Origin: the human T2T-CHM13v2.0 reference genome, Homo sapiens
Direction: 5' to 3' (one strand)
Assembly (NCBI RefSeq): GCF_009914755.1
Contig: NC_060939.1
Length of the DNA stretch: 64,000 nt
In this document: one piece after another, positions 39,080 through 52,150 of the stretch
Layout: each line of letters begins with the position of its first letter
Numbering within the stretch: the stretch's first letter is position 1
The notes under the pieces: model-generated
What the model was told of the DNA's origin: nothing
Database searches by the model: none
Seen by the model: the letters and a program-made list of their open reading frames with translations, nothing else
Program-made: the position numbers and the translations under genes

Positions 39080-40570
39080 TAATTCATTCATTCATTTGTT
39101 TATTCAACAAATATTTATTGAGCTTGAATTATATGCCAGATACTGTTCTAGTTGCTGGAGAAATAACAGTAAACAATATTACGTCCATGCTGTCGGGAAT
39201 ATTTCATTCTACTCAGGAGAAACAGAACAATAAATAAGCAAACAAATAATATGTTAGGAGGCAAAGGATATAAAAAGAGATGTGGTAAAGGTTATGGTAG
39301 AAATGCTATGGCAGGCAGAATTCTAAGATGAGCCCCTGTTCCTGGTCACACCCTTTTTATTATCACTCCTCTCACTGCCCTCCACCTTGAGTGTGAAGGG
39401 GACCTGAGAATATAATAGAAGGCCACTCTTATGATTAGCTTATATTATATGGCAAAGGTGAATGGATTTTGAAGACGTAATTAAGGCCTCAAATCAGTAG
39501 ATTTTGAGATAATTAGAAGGGGTATTATCCTAGATAGGCCTGACTTAATCTGGTCAAACCTCTTAAAAGAGGAACTAGGCCCTACTTGAAATTAAAGAGA
39601 AATTCCCCTGCTGGCCTTGAAGAAGCAAATAGCTGTATTGTAAACTGCTTATGGAAGGAACCATATTGCAAGGACCTGAGGGTAGACTCTAAGAGCTGAC
39701 AGCAACTCTCAGCTTTCAGCTAGCAAAAGACCAGGGGTCTAAGTTATATGACCACAGGAAACAAATTTCTCCAAAACCATGAATGGGTTTGCAAGTGGAT
39801 TCTTTTTCAGCTAAGTCTTCTGATGAAAATGCAACCCAGCCACCATCTTGATTACATCCTTGAGAGACTTTGAGCAGAGAACCCAGCTAAGCTGTGCTGG
39901 CCCACAGAAACTGAAAACATAAATGCATATTGTTTTAAGGCACTAAGTTGTTGGTAATTTGTTATATGACACAGAAAACTAATACAGATGCTATTTTAAA
40001 TAGGATGGCCAGAAAAGGTCTCTCTGATAAGGACCTCAACTGGAGACTTGAAGAAAATGAGGAGAAAGCCATAAGGACATCTAGGGGAAAGAGCAGAAAC
40101 ATGGTCATTCTTGTTGGGTGTGATGAATGGTCCAGGGATGGGCAAGAGTGGAAAAGAAGGCACCGGTTTAACTGAGAGAAGATGGATGCTTGGACAAGGA
40201 TGTGGTGGAAGAGGGCACCAGATTATGGACATATTTCAAAGGAAGAACCAACACACTTTGCTAAAGGATTAGATTTAGAGTATGAGAAGAAGTTTCAAAT
40301 GAAAGCTCTGGAATGCAGTTGCCACTTACTGTAATGGGAAGAGTGGGGTAGGGGTGAGCTGGGGTGGGGAGAAGCAGGCCTCAGGGAGAAATAAAGAGTT
40401 TGGGTTTTGGGTATGTCAAGTTTGAGATGTCATCCAAGTGAATTTGTCAAAAGGGCAGTTGTAAAATAAGTCTGGAGTTCAGGAGAGAGGCTGGGGATGG
40501 AAATGAAAATAGAAAGTACCAGCATATCAATACTATTTAAACTATGAGACTGGAAGATAACCCAAGGTAG
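39080..40570 (-). mobile_element. L2 LINE 3' region interrupted by MLT1E
   Basis: attcattcattc...aacaaatatttattgagc; resumes after 39991 (tgtcaagtttgagatg...gtctggagttcaggagagaggctgggg). Confidence 0.8.
39307..39986 (+). mobile_element. MLT1E-like solo LTR
   Basis: tatggcaggcagaattctaagatg...agaaaactaataca, 680 bp; TSD aatgc / gatgc. Confidence 0.85.
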
Positions 40571-40648
40571 AAAAATAATAGAATATTGGGCCTGAAAGTT
40601 ACCTTAACAGATTGTCATTTTATATATGAAGAACTCTGTTCAAAGAGG

Positions 40649-42928
40649 TGTATTAGTCCATTTTCATGCTGCTGATAAAGACATACCAGAGACTGAGAAG
40701 AAAAAGAGGTTTAATTGGACTTACAGTTCCACATGGCTGGGGAGGCCTCAGAATCATGGCAAGAGGCAAAAGGCACTACTTACTTGGTGTTGGCAAGAGA
40801 AAAGGGAGGAAGAAGCAAAAGCAGAAACCCCTGATAAACCCATCAGATCTCTGGAGACTTATTCATTATCACAAGAATAGCACGGGGAAGACTGGCCCCC
40901 ATGATTCAATTACCTCTCCCCAGGTCCCTCCTGAAACACATGGGAATTCTGGGAGATACAGTTTAAGTTGAGATTTGGGTGGGGACACAGACAAACCATA
41001 TCATTCCACCCCTGGAATGTCCTCACATTTCAAAACCAGTCATGCCTTCCCAACAGTTCCCCAGAGTCTTAACTCATTTCAGCATTAACTCAAAAGTCCG
41101 CAGTCCAACATCTCTGAGACAAGGCAAGTCCCTACCACCTATGGGCCTGTAAAATCAAAAGCAAGTTAGTTACTTCCTAGATACAATGGAGGTTCAGGCA
41201 TCGGGTAAATACAGCCATTCTAACTAGGAGAAATTGGCCAAAACCAAGGGGCCACAGGCCCCATGCAAGTCTGAAATCCAGCCAGGCAGTCCAATTTTAA
41301 AGCTCCAAAATGATCTCCTTTGACTTCAGAAGGCCTTATATCCACGTCATGCTGACACAAGAGGTGGGTTCACATGCTCTTGGGCAGCTCCACCTCTGTG
41401 GCTTTGCAGGGTACACCCTCCCTACCAGCTGCATTCATGGGCTGGCATTGAATGTCTGCAGCTTTTCCAGGCACATGGTGCAAGCTGTTGGTTGATCTAG
41501 CATTCTGGGGTCTGGAGGACGGTGGCCCTCTTCTCACAGCTCCACTAGGCAGCACCCCACTAGGGACTCTGTGTGGGGGATCCAACCCCACATTTCCCTT
41601 CTGCACTGCCCTAGCAGAGGTTCTCCATGAGGGCCCTTCCCCTGCAGCAAACTTTTTTCTAGGCATCCAGGCATTTCCATACATCTTCTGAAATAAAGGC
41701 AGAGGTTCCCAAACCTCAATTCTTTACTTCTGTGCACCTGCGGGCTCAAAACCACATGGAAGCTGCCAAGGCTTGGGGCTTCCATCCTCTAAAGCTACAG
41801 CCAGAGCTGTATGGTTGGCCCCTTTCAGCCATGGCTGGAGTGGCTGGGACACAGGGCATGAAGTCCCTAGGCTGCACACAGCACGGGGAACCTGGGCCTG
41901 GCCCACCAAACCATTTTTCCCTCTTGGGCCTCCCTGCCTATGATGGTGGTGATGGTGGGGCTTCTGTGAAGGACTCACACATGGCCTGGAGACATTTTCC
42001 CCATTGTTTTGGGGACTGACATTAGGCTTCTTGCTACTTATGCAAATTTCTGCAGCCGGCTTGAATTTCTCCCAGAAAGTGATTTTTCTTTTCTATCACA
42101 TAGTCAGACTGAAAATTTTCCAAACTTTTATGCTCTGCTTCCCTTATAAAACTGAATGCCTTTAACAGTACCCAAGTCACCTCTTGAATGCTTTGCTGCT
42201 TAGAAATTTCTTCCACCAGATACCGTAAATCATCTTTCACAAGTTCAAAATTCCACAAATCTCTAGGGCAGGGGCAAAATGCCACCAGTCTCTTTGCCAA
42301 AACACAACAAGAGTCACCTTTACTCCATTTCGCAACAAGTTCCTCATTTCCACCCAAGACCACCTCAGCCTGGAATTCATTGTCCATATAGCTATCAGGC
42401 TTTTGGTCAAAGCCATTCAACAAGCCTCTAGGAAGTTTCAAACTTTCCCACATTTTCCTGTCTTCTGAGCCCTCCAAACTCTTCCAATCTCTGCCTGTTA
42501 CCCATTCCAAAGTTGCTTCCACATTTTCGGGTATCTTTTCAGCAATGCCCCACTCTACTGGTACCAATTTACTGTATTAGTCCGTTTTCACACTGCTGAT
42601 CAAGACATACCTGAGACTGGAAAGAAAAAGGGGTTGAATTGGACTTACAGTTCCACATGGCTGGGGAGGCCTCAGAATCATGGTAAGAGGCAAAAGGCAC
42701 TTCTTACGTGGCAACAGCAAGAGAAAAATGGAGAAGAAGCAAAAGTGGAAATGCCTGATAAACCCATCAGATCTCATGAGTCTTATTCACTATCATGAGA
42801 ATAGCAAGGGAAAGACCAGTCCCCCATGATTCAATTACCTCTCCCTAGGTCCCTCCTGCAACACATGGGAATTCTGAGAGATACCGTTCAAGCTGAGATT
42901 TGGGTGGGAACACAGACAAACCATATCA
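40649..42928 (-). mobile_element. Full-length THE1A MaLR provirus (3' LTR 40649-41003, internal 41004-42572, 5' LTR 42573-42928)
   Basis: Two ~355-bp direct LTRs (tgtattagtcc...aaaccatatca), 1.57-kb internal region, perfect TSD agagg 40644-40648 / 42929-42933; inserted into a MIR. Confidence 0.97.
42034..42567 (-). pseudogene. Remnant of the MaLR internal ORF (N-terminal 177 codons)
   Basis: ORF starts just after the 5' LTR: ...EKIPENVEATLE...WKSLEGSEDRKMWESL...AFCPCPRDLWNFEL...EEISKQQSIQEVTW. The continuation is broken into other frames. Confidence 0.75.
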
Positions 42929-44056
42929 AGAGGTAAAGTGACATCAGGCATGTACCTAAGGGCACAGGCATAGTTGTTAGCAGAGCTTAACTAAAACCAA
43001 GGCTTTTTGATTCCCATCTCAGAAATTATTCTTTCCAAGGATTACAGGTTTGTTTTTTTTGGTTTTGCTTTCCTAGAGTATTTCCCACACTTAGGAAAGT
43101 ATCTGACAAAGTCAACAACAAGGCAAGGCTCTTTTTCTTTCATGGGGTTGCAAGTCTCAGGTACAGATTTCTGAGACATCTTCACTTCCTTAGGTGTCAC
43201 CCCACCAGATGTTGATGAGATTTGATGGCTTTGTGAGGCCAGGGCTCATGTAACAAATGCAATGTATGCTGTGATGCCTATAAACCTCACCTCATCAAAT
43301 TAATAATGAAAAGCCTCCCATCAAAGCCCTCCTTGTGCTCAATAGCCTGTGGCACATTTGGACTCATCAATAGATGTTCAACAATATTACAACTTGTTTA
43401 AATCTTGGTAAAGTAGTGTTATGTACTATTGTTATTGACTTCTCTTTTCTAATTACCACCCAAAGGTGACAGATGATATAGCTCTAATGACCACATTCTT
43501 GGAGTGAGTGGCTTTGAGTCTCAACTCATTGTGTCTTAGCTGTTCTGAGGAAGGAGACATCCCCCCTCGCAACCAACTGGTGAAACTGGCCATCATATTG
43601 GAGCCCAGACAATGTTTGAGGCCCTTAACACGGGTATCTCTGTGACTGGTTTGAGACCAGAAGTTTTGGAATCTGTGTGAATGTGCAGTATGGTCATTGC
43701 AGGAATTCTAAGGCATGTGATGCTAACTGCGGCCAGCTTCTGTAACAGTCCACAGCCCAAGTTGGAAGAAAACATACTTTTCTCTGTTTTTTTTTTTTTT
43801 TCCTATAACTCAATTTCTCTTTTGAGCCATCATTTTGCTGTGTTAGCAGAAACATAGTCCTCCACCCCTTTCTTGTGATGGAGTCTAAGTTTGTTGGGGG
43901 CGGGGACATGGTTTTTTGGTAACCAGGCATAGCAGGGTTGCCTGTAGACTACAACATTGTTCAATAAGTTTATCTCCTAAGATACCCATTTTTTTGGTCT
44001 GGTCCTCTGACACTGGTCCCCACCTAGCTGCCCATGAGATTTTCCTCTTTTTAAAA

Positions 44057-44364
44057 TTTTTATTTATTTATTTATTTTAGAGACAGATTTGCTCTTTTGG
44101 GTGGGGTGGAGTGCGGTGGCCTGATCATAACTCACTGCAGCCTTGAACTCCTGGACTCAAGTGATTTTTCCCATCTCAGCTTCCGAGTAGTTGAGACTAC
44201 AGGTCCATGACACTGTGCCTGGCTAATTGAAAAATTTTTGGATGGGAGGAGATGGTATCTTGCTTTGTTGACCAGGCTGGTCTTGAAGTCCTGGCCTCAA
44301 GTGATCCTCCTGCCTTAGCCTACTAAAGTGCTGGGATTACGGGCATGAGCCACTGTGCCCAGCT
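44057..44364 (-). mobile_element. AluJ
   Basis: ctcactgcagccttgaactcctggactcaagtgat; (TTTA)n tail. Confidence 0.92.
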
Positions 44365-45079
44365 GTCTTTCCTTTCATGGCTTCTGCAAGCCTAGTGGCT
44401 CTCCTACCCACCAGGAGAGAAGAATTACCATGCTACTCCCATGCAATGGTAATTCCACTTTTTCTTGCCGTATAGGAACATGGAGATCTCTTTGAAGCTT
44501 CCTTGGGTACTGGCTGTCTGGACTCACTGTGCTTCCTGCCCTTTCTGCTACCTGAGCTCTACCCTGGTTTCTACTAAAAAACATTAAATTTCAACACTTT
44601 GGGAGCCCCCACACTCCTTAAATCTCACTTCTCTCCAACATTTTAAAAATTCATGCCTAGAGTCCTTTTCAGCTCTCTAGAAGTTTAGGTTTTTGGAGTT
44701 CAGAGGTAGGTAGACTCCTTTTTACAAAATTTATTCACAGACAATAAGCATAGAGCACTTTAGCAGCTGAATTTTGTGGAAGAAATGATGGGACAAAAAA
44801 ATGGAAAAATACCAGGAGATGGAAAAGTGATTTGCTAATACAAAACAATCACACCAAAACATGATAGTAAGAAGTTAGTTAGACTTCCTTTCACCCTTCC
44901 AGGTCCCAGAACAGCATTTTAATAATTGGGCACTAGTTCCTGTCCATGTTTGTAGGAATCATGGTCGGTCACTTAGAAGCAGATAAAAATATTTCAAGGA
45001 GATAGTGCCTCTTGAGAATCTTCTCTAGTTTCTTCATTGTGTATTTATTATTTGGTAATGACCGAACAGATAAAGTAAT

Positions 45080-45680
45080 AGCTCTCTCTCCCGAATTCCC
45101 ATTGTGCTTTATTTTCTCTTAACTTCCCTTGTGAAAGACTTGAGTTGTTGAAGGGTAAGATCTGTTTCTGACTTATGTCTCTGTATCCAGCATAATGTAT
45201 GCTACATAACAGGTACTTAGTATGTTTTTTGATGATGAATTACTAGGGTCCCAAGAAAGAAAATTCAGAAATTAAATTCATTGGTATAAAAGGCTATGAC
45301 TTTAATTGTGTCATTCATTCAATTATTTAATTTATTTTTTCATCAAATATTTGTGGAACACCTATAATATTTTGGTACCTGTGCTCAATCCTTTAGATAA
45401 AAAGATTAGCAAGAAACATACAATCTTTGAGGGGTTCATGCTCTTGGAATTGACCTGTATCTTAACTGACCTGATTAACTGTGTAGAATTCATTATGTAT
45501 ATGTACCACGGTTTAACAAACATCTTATGGACACTTAGGTTGCTTCTAATCTTTAGTTATTGCAAATAATGCTAATATGAATAATCATGCATAAGTATCA
45601 TTTGATTCAAGTGCATGTATATATGCAGGATAACTTGCCAAATTGCCCTTCATAGGCTACTTTAATCAGTAATATATGAG
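45080..45680. mobile_element. L2 3' ends (+ and -) and an L1ME fragment (-)
   Basis: catactaagtacctg-type L2 end; tcaaatatttgtggaacacctata; tggacacttaggttgcttctaatc. Confidence 0.55.
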
Positions 45681-45839
45681 AATTCACATCTGCTTTTAAA
45701 TGTCTCAACCTTGGTTTCTGCTACTCATTATTCTAGGGTCTTCCTTAATTTGTTTATCCTAAGATTCAGGGACATATTCTCCTTTCATTTTCAGGACATA
45801 CATTTGTAATAAAAGAAACCCAAAATTCTATGGATTGGG

Positions 45840-46235
45840 CACCATTTCCCAAAGTGTGTTCTGTGGAACACTAGTCCTGCAAGATGTTATAGAGTCACAT
45901 GGTCATATAAATACTATATATTATGTCTGTTTCTTATAGAGTAACAATGCACTTTAGAACAATAAAGAAACTTGCTTAACTGCATTTAATCTTGGTGTTT
46001 CCAAAACGTATTTGGGCATCACTTTAAAAACACTTATTAATATTTCTTATAGCATGAACAGACATACATATGCAGATACACGTATGTGTACACACACATG
46101 AAAACTTTGAGAAATTTTGGAAGGAATATTTATGCCCTACCCAAAAACTTCAGATATTTTCATAAAGGACCCTCCTTCAAAAAGATTCCCCCAACCCAGT
46201 ACTATGAAAAAACATGCCAAACAGTTTAGGAAACA
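45840..46235. mobile_element. hAT-Charlie MER-type DNA element, degenerate
   Basis: Terminus ccatttcccaaagtgtgttctgtggaacactag; possible other end cagtttaggaaacagttg. Confidence 0.4.
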
Positions 46236-46319
46236 GTTGGATTCAAACACCCAGACTATGTGGTATTTACTTCTGAACAATTATTTTTGTGATCAGGGAT
46301 GTAGCCCCACATGTGTCAT

Positions 46320-49300
46320 TTTATTTTATTTTTTGAATACTTTATTAATTTTTTTAAACTCTTATTTTAGATTCAGGGAGTACATGTGCAGTTGTATGAT
46401 GCTGAAGTTTGGAATATAAATGATTTCATCACTCAGGTACTGAGCATAGTACCCAATAGTCAGTTTTTCAACCCTTTTCCCTCCCCACCTTCCCACTCTA
46501 CTAGTCCACAGTTTCTTTTGTTGTCATCTTTATGCCCAGATGTGCCCAATGTTTAGTTCTCACTTGTAGGTGAGAACATGCAGTATTTGGTTTTCTGTTT
46601 CTGCTTTAATTTGCTTAGGATAATGGCCTTCACAAAGAACATGATTTCATTCTTTCTTATGGTGCGTAGTATTCCATGGTGTAGATGTACAACACTTTCT
46701 TTATCCAATCCAATGTTGATGGACACCTGGGTTGATTGCATGTCTTTGTTATTGTGAATAATGCTGCAATGAATAGATGAATGCATATGTCTTTTTGGTA
46801 GAAGGATTTTTTCCTTTTGGACATATACCCAGTAATGGGAATGGTAAGTCTGATAGCAGTTTTGTTTTAAGCTCGTTGAGAAATCTCCAAACTGCTTTCC
46901 ACAGTGGCTGAACTAATTAGCATTCCCACCATCAGCGCATATATTCCCTTTTCTCTATAGCTTTACCAGCATCTGTTATTTTTTGATTTTTTAAAAATAA
47001 TAGCCATTCTTACTGGTGTGAGATTGGATCTCATTGTGGTTTTGATTTGCATTTCTCTGTTGATTAGTGATGTGGAGACTTTTTTCGTATGTTGGCTGCT
47101 TGTATGTCTTCTTTTGAGAAGTTCCTGCTTATGACTTTTGCCCATTTCAATGGGGTTCTTTGGTTTTTGCTTGTTGATTTCTCTAAGTTCTTGTGGATTC
47201 TGGATATTAGACCTTTTTTGGATGTGTAGTTTGCAAATATTTTCCCCATTCTGTAGGTTGTCTGTTTACTCCGTTGATAGTTTCTCTTGCTGTGCAGAAG
47301 ATCTTTCATTTAATTAGGTCTCACTTGTCAATTTTTGTTTTTGTTGCAATTACTTTTGAGGACTTAGCCATAAAATGTTTGCCAAGGACAATGTACAGAA
47401 TAGCATTTCCTAGGTTTTCCTGCTAGGACTATTATAGTTTGAGGTCTTATATTTAAGTGTTTAGTCCATCCCAAGTTAATTTTTGTATATGGTGAAAGAT
47501 AGGTGTCCAGTTTCATTCTTCTTTCTGCATATGGCTAGCCAGCTATACTGGCGCCATTTATTGAATGGGGAGACCTTTCCTGTTGCTTATTTTTGTCAAC
47601 TTTGGTGAAGATTAGATGGCTGTAGGTGTGCAGCTTTCTTTCTGTGTTCTCTATTTGGTTCTATTGGTTTGTGTATCTATTTTTGTGCCAATACCATGCT
47701 GTTTTCTTTTCTGTAGCTTTACAGAATGGTTTGACATTGGATAACGTAATGCCTCCAGCTTTGTTCCTCTGGCTTAGGATTGCTTTGGCTATTTGGGCTC
47801 TTTTTTTGGTTTCATATGAATTTCAGAATAGTTTTTTCTGGTTTTATGGAAAATAATATTCATAGTTTGATAGGAATAGCATTGAATCTGTAGGTTGCTT
47901 TGGGCAGTATGGCTATTTTAACAATATTGATTTTTCCAGTCCACAAGGATGGAATATTTTCCCATTTGTTCATATCCTCTATGGTTTCTTTCAGCAGTAT
48001 GTTGTAGGTCTCCTTGTAGGGACATTTCACCTCCTTGGTTGGATATTCCTAGGTATTTTATTTTTTGTGTTGTTATCATAAATGGAATTGTGTTCTTGAT
48101 TTGGCTCTCAGCTTGAATGTTATTGGTGTATAGAAATGCCACTGATGGGTGGGTGTGGTGGCTCATGCCTGTAACCCCAGCACTTTAGGAGGCCAAGGCA
48201 GGCAGATCACTTGAGGTCCGGAGTTCAAGACCAGCCTGGCAAACATGGTGAAACCCCATCTCTACTAAAATACAAAATTTAGCTGGGTGTGGTGGTGGGC
48301 GCCTGTAATCCCAGCTAGTTGGGAGGATGAAGCAGGGAGAATTGCTTGAACCCGGGAGGCAGAGGTAGAAGAGAGCCCAGATTGTGCCACTGCACTCCAG
48401 CCTGGGTGACAGAGTGAGACTCCATCTCAAAAACCAAAACAAAACAAAAACCAAAACACAAAATGCTACTGATTTTTTTTACATTGGTTTTGTATCCTGA
48501 AACTTTTACTGAAGTTGTTTATCAGTTCTGCAAGCCTTTGGCAGAGTCTTCAGGGTTTTCTAGGTATGGAATTATATTGTCTACAAAGAGAGAGTTTGAC
48601 TTCTTTTCTTATTTGGATGCTTTTCACTTCTTTATCTTGCCTGAATACTCTGGCTAACACTTCTAGTACTATGTTGCATTGGAGTGGTGAGAATGAACGT
48701 CTTTGTCTTGTTCCAGTTCTCAAAGGGAATGCTTCTAGTTTTTGTCCATTTGGTATGACATTTTTTTGGATGTGGGTTTGTCATAGAAGACTCCTATTAT
48801 TTTGAGGTATGCTCCTTTGATGCCTAGTTTGTTGAGGGTTTTTATCATGAAATGATGTTGCATTTTATTGAATGCTATTTCCACATCTATGGAGATGATC
48901 CTGTGGTTTTTGTTTTTAATTCTGTTTATGTGGCAAATCACATTTATTGATTTGCATATGTTGAATTAATCTTGCATCCCAGGAAGGCTGTTTGATCATG
49001 GTGAATTAACTTTTTGCTGTACCATTGGATTTGGTTCCCTAGTATTTTGTTGAGGATTTTTGTGTCTATGTTCATCAGGGACATTGATGGTAGTTTCCTT
49101 TCATTGTATCTTTGCCAGGTTTTGGTATCAGGGTGATGCTGGCTTTGTAGAATGAGTTAGGGAGGAGTCCTTTCTCCTTGGTATTTTGGAATAGTTTCAG
49201 AAGAATTGGTACCAGCTCTTCTTTGCACATTTGGTAGAATTTGGCTGTTAATCCTTTTGGTCTGGGATTTTATTTTTTTGGTTGGTAGGTTTTTAATTAC

Positions 49301-50722
49301 TGATTCAATTTTTGAACTTGATATTTGGCTGTTTAGGGTTTCAATTTCCTCTTTATTCAATCATAGGAGGTTGTGTGTTTCCAGGAATTTATTCATTTAT
49401 TCTAGATTTTCTAGTTTGTGTGCACAGAGACGTTCATATTAGTTTTTCAGTGAACCAACTTTTGGTTTTGTTGATCCTTCGTATGAATTTTTGGGTCTCA
49501 ATTTTGTTCAGTGCTGCTCTGATTTTAGTTATTTCTTTTCTTCTGCTAACTTTGGGGTTAGTTTGCTCTTTATTTTTTAGTTCCTCTAGGTGTGATGTTA
49601 GACCATTAATTTGAAATCGTTCTAACTTTTTAAGGTAAGCATTTAGTGCTATAAACTTTCCTCTTAACACTCTTTTTGCTGTAGCCTAGAGATTTTGGTA
49701 TATCTGTGTTATCATTAATTTCAAGGTATTTTTAAATTTCTGCCTATATTTTATTGTTTACTCAAAATTCATTTAGCAGAAAGTTGTTTAATTTTCATGT
49801 AATTGTGTGGTTTTGAGACATCTTCTTGGTATTGAATTCTATTTTTTCTTCCACTGTGGTCCAAGAGCATGGTTGGTATGTTTTTATTTTTAAATATATA
49901 TTGAGACTTGTTTTATGGATAAACATGTGGTTGATCTTGGGTTATGTTTTGTGTGAAAATGAGAAGAATATATATCCTGTGATTGATGGGTGGAGTATTC
50001 TGTAGATGTCTATTAGGTCTAGTTGGTCAAGTGTCTAATTCAAGTCCAGAATTTCTTTGTTGGTTTTCTGCCTTGATGGTCTGTCTAACACTGGCAGTGG
50101 GATGTTGAAGTCCCCCACATTATTGTGTGGTTTTCCGAGTCTTTTAGTAAGTCTAGAATCTGGGTGCTCCAATGTTGGGTGTGTATATATTTAGGATAGT
50201 TTTCTCCCTCACTCGAGAGCAGGCATTCCAGTCTCTGGTCTGATATTAAAATGCCTGACGTTCATGCTGCCAGGTCACCAAAGAATGGCTGACTTTGTAT
50301 GTGCCTGGGCTAAAAATGGTGTCCTGTTCTCCGTCCTGGGTCTGGGAAAATGTCTGCAGCTTTTTCTTGTGTCTTTCCCTTACATTGTCTCCAAGCCTTT
50401 CCCCAAATTAGCTCCCACACTTATGGGAAACAAAGTGCTCTCCCTCAGCCTGGGTTGCTCTGATCCCCAGTGGAAATGTGAGTCATAGAGGGAGGCTACT
50501 TGCCTCTCTGAGGTACTCAGGCTTCACTCACTTTTATCAGCTAAATGTCACAGGAGCTGTTTGCTGGCGTTCTCCTCCCCAGTATCTGTGGTGCCCATCA
50601 TGATTCTGGTGGATTCCCATTTTCCTTCTTGAAGTAAAGCTCCAGAGTTTATCTTTATGCACTATCTTGCTGTTTCCAAGTGGCTGAGGCATTCTAATAC
50701 CTTTTATCTGCATCTGGGAGGG
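46320..50722 (-). mobile_element. L1PA15/16-like LINE with 3' end, ORF2 and a retained 5' UTR start; ORF1 absent
   Basis: ORF2 antisense from ~46900 to 50200 ([27 protein letters not shown]), then an abrupt switch to an L1P4-type 5' end (minus strand ...gcctcagccacttggaaacagcaagatagtgcataaag...). Confidence 0.9.
48147..48460 (+). mobile_element. AluSx/Sz-like inserted in L1
   Basis: Full dimer; TSD aaatgccactgat 48134-48146 / aaatgctactgat 48461-48473. Confidence 0.95.
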
Positions 50723-52078
50723 AGAAAAAAACCCTGTCATCATTTTAAATTTTCTTGAATCCAACTGCCTTTTCAACCAACATTTAGTTTTTAATAGTTT
50801 CACCTTGTATGTTCTCCTTCATAGGTTTAAGTTCCATTATTTCAGAGGATGACTGTCTTGTTATTTTTCCTTTTCATAGATGCTGGCTTTCTATGTTATA
50901 TGAAACTTGATTTAAGTTTATGTTTATTCCACCTCTATTTTAAAAAGGATCTCAGTCCTTTGTAGGAGAAAATAAACTTGCTCAATTTCTTCTGTTATCT
51001 GACTCTCTGTCCAGATATTCATCCTTTACTTTATCCATCAACAGACATTTATTGAACACAGGTGCTAGGAATTGAGCTAAATGTCACAGGAGACACAAGG
51101 TTGAATATACATGGTTTCTGACCTACTTCAGCTGGCATTTTAGCTAAGGAAAATGGATCTGTCTGGCTGAGGCTTAGTGTGGGAAGAGGGCAGGGCTGCT
51201 GTGTGTGGTCACACAGAGAGCCTACATAACTTGAGGGGGTAGCTTCGACATAGGTAGGATATATGGTAGCTTCTTATGGAGTAGTGCCCGGTACTAAGGA
51301 TCTGTACTAGTACACCATTTTAGCACTTTCCTGTTGGGGTTTTTGGCTTAGCTCCAGGAAATCATTTGTAAGTAGAGTTAGAGCGGGAGAAATAGTTTCT
51401 GGTCTGAACAACAGAATCTTACATGTAAAGATGGTTGCCATTTATTAAAGTAACTCTGAGCTAGTGAGATGTGCTGGCTATATACCCAGCTTTGAAATGT
51501 GACTCAGGATGTTGAATCTTAGCTGTGACTTGGCTCCACACATGAACCATTTGGATAGTGCACCTGGAAGTACAAAATCTTGTTCTGGACTGAAATCAGC
51601 TCACTCATTGAAATAAAAAAAATCATAGCCAGAAATCAATAACAAAAATGAAACTATAAAATTCACAAACCTTTGGAAAATGAAGACATATACTTCTAAA
51701 CAATAACCCATGGCTCAATGAAGAAATCATGATGGAAATTTTAAAATACTTTCAACTGAATGATTTTGGAAATGTTACATATCAAAACTTGTGAAATATA
51801 GTAAAAAGCTTTGCTTATAGGGAAATTTATAGCTTTAAGTACATAAGTTAGGAAAAATGGGAGGTTGAAATTAATGAGCTAGGCATCCGTCTTAAGAAGT
51901 TGGGAAATAACAGCAAATCAAACCAAAGAAAGCAGAAGAAATGTCATAATGAATGTTAGAGTAGAAAATAATGAAGTTGAAAACAAAAAATAAATGTACA
52001 ATACATCAATATAGGCAAAAGTTGGTTTTAGAAGAGGCTATTAAAACTGAGAAGTTTCTGGTGAGGCCAAGAGAGGGA

Positions 52079-52150
52079 GACACACAAACTCACACACACA
52101 TGCACACACACACACACACAGAAAGAGAGAGAAAGAGAGAGAAACAGAGA
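52079..52150 (+). repeat. (CA)n(GA)n compound microsatellite
   Basis: cacacacacatgcacacacacacacacacagaaagagagagaaagagaga. Confidence 0.9.

Noticed and set aside
41310-42019. Overlapping ORFs, including one with a His run
   Set aside because: All lie in THE1A internal sequence; the His run comes from a small tgatgg/tggtgg repeat.
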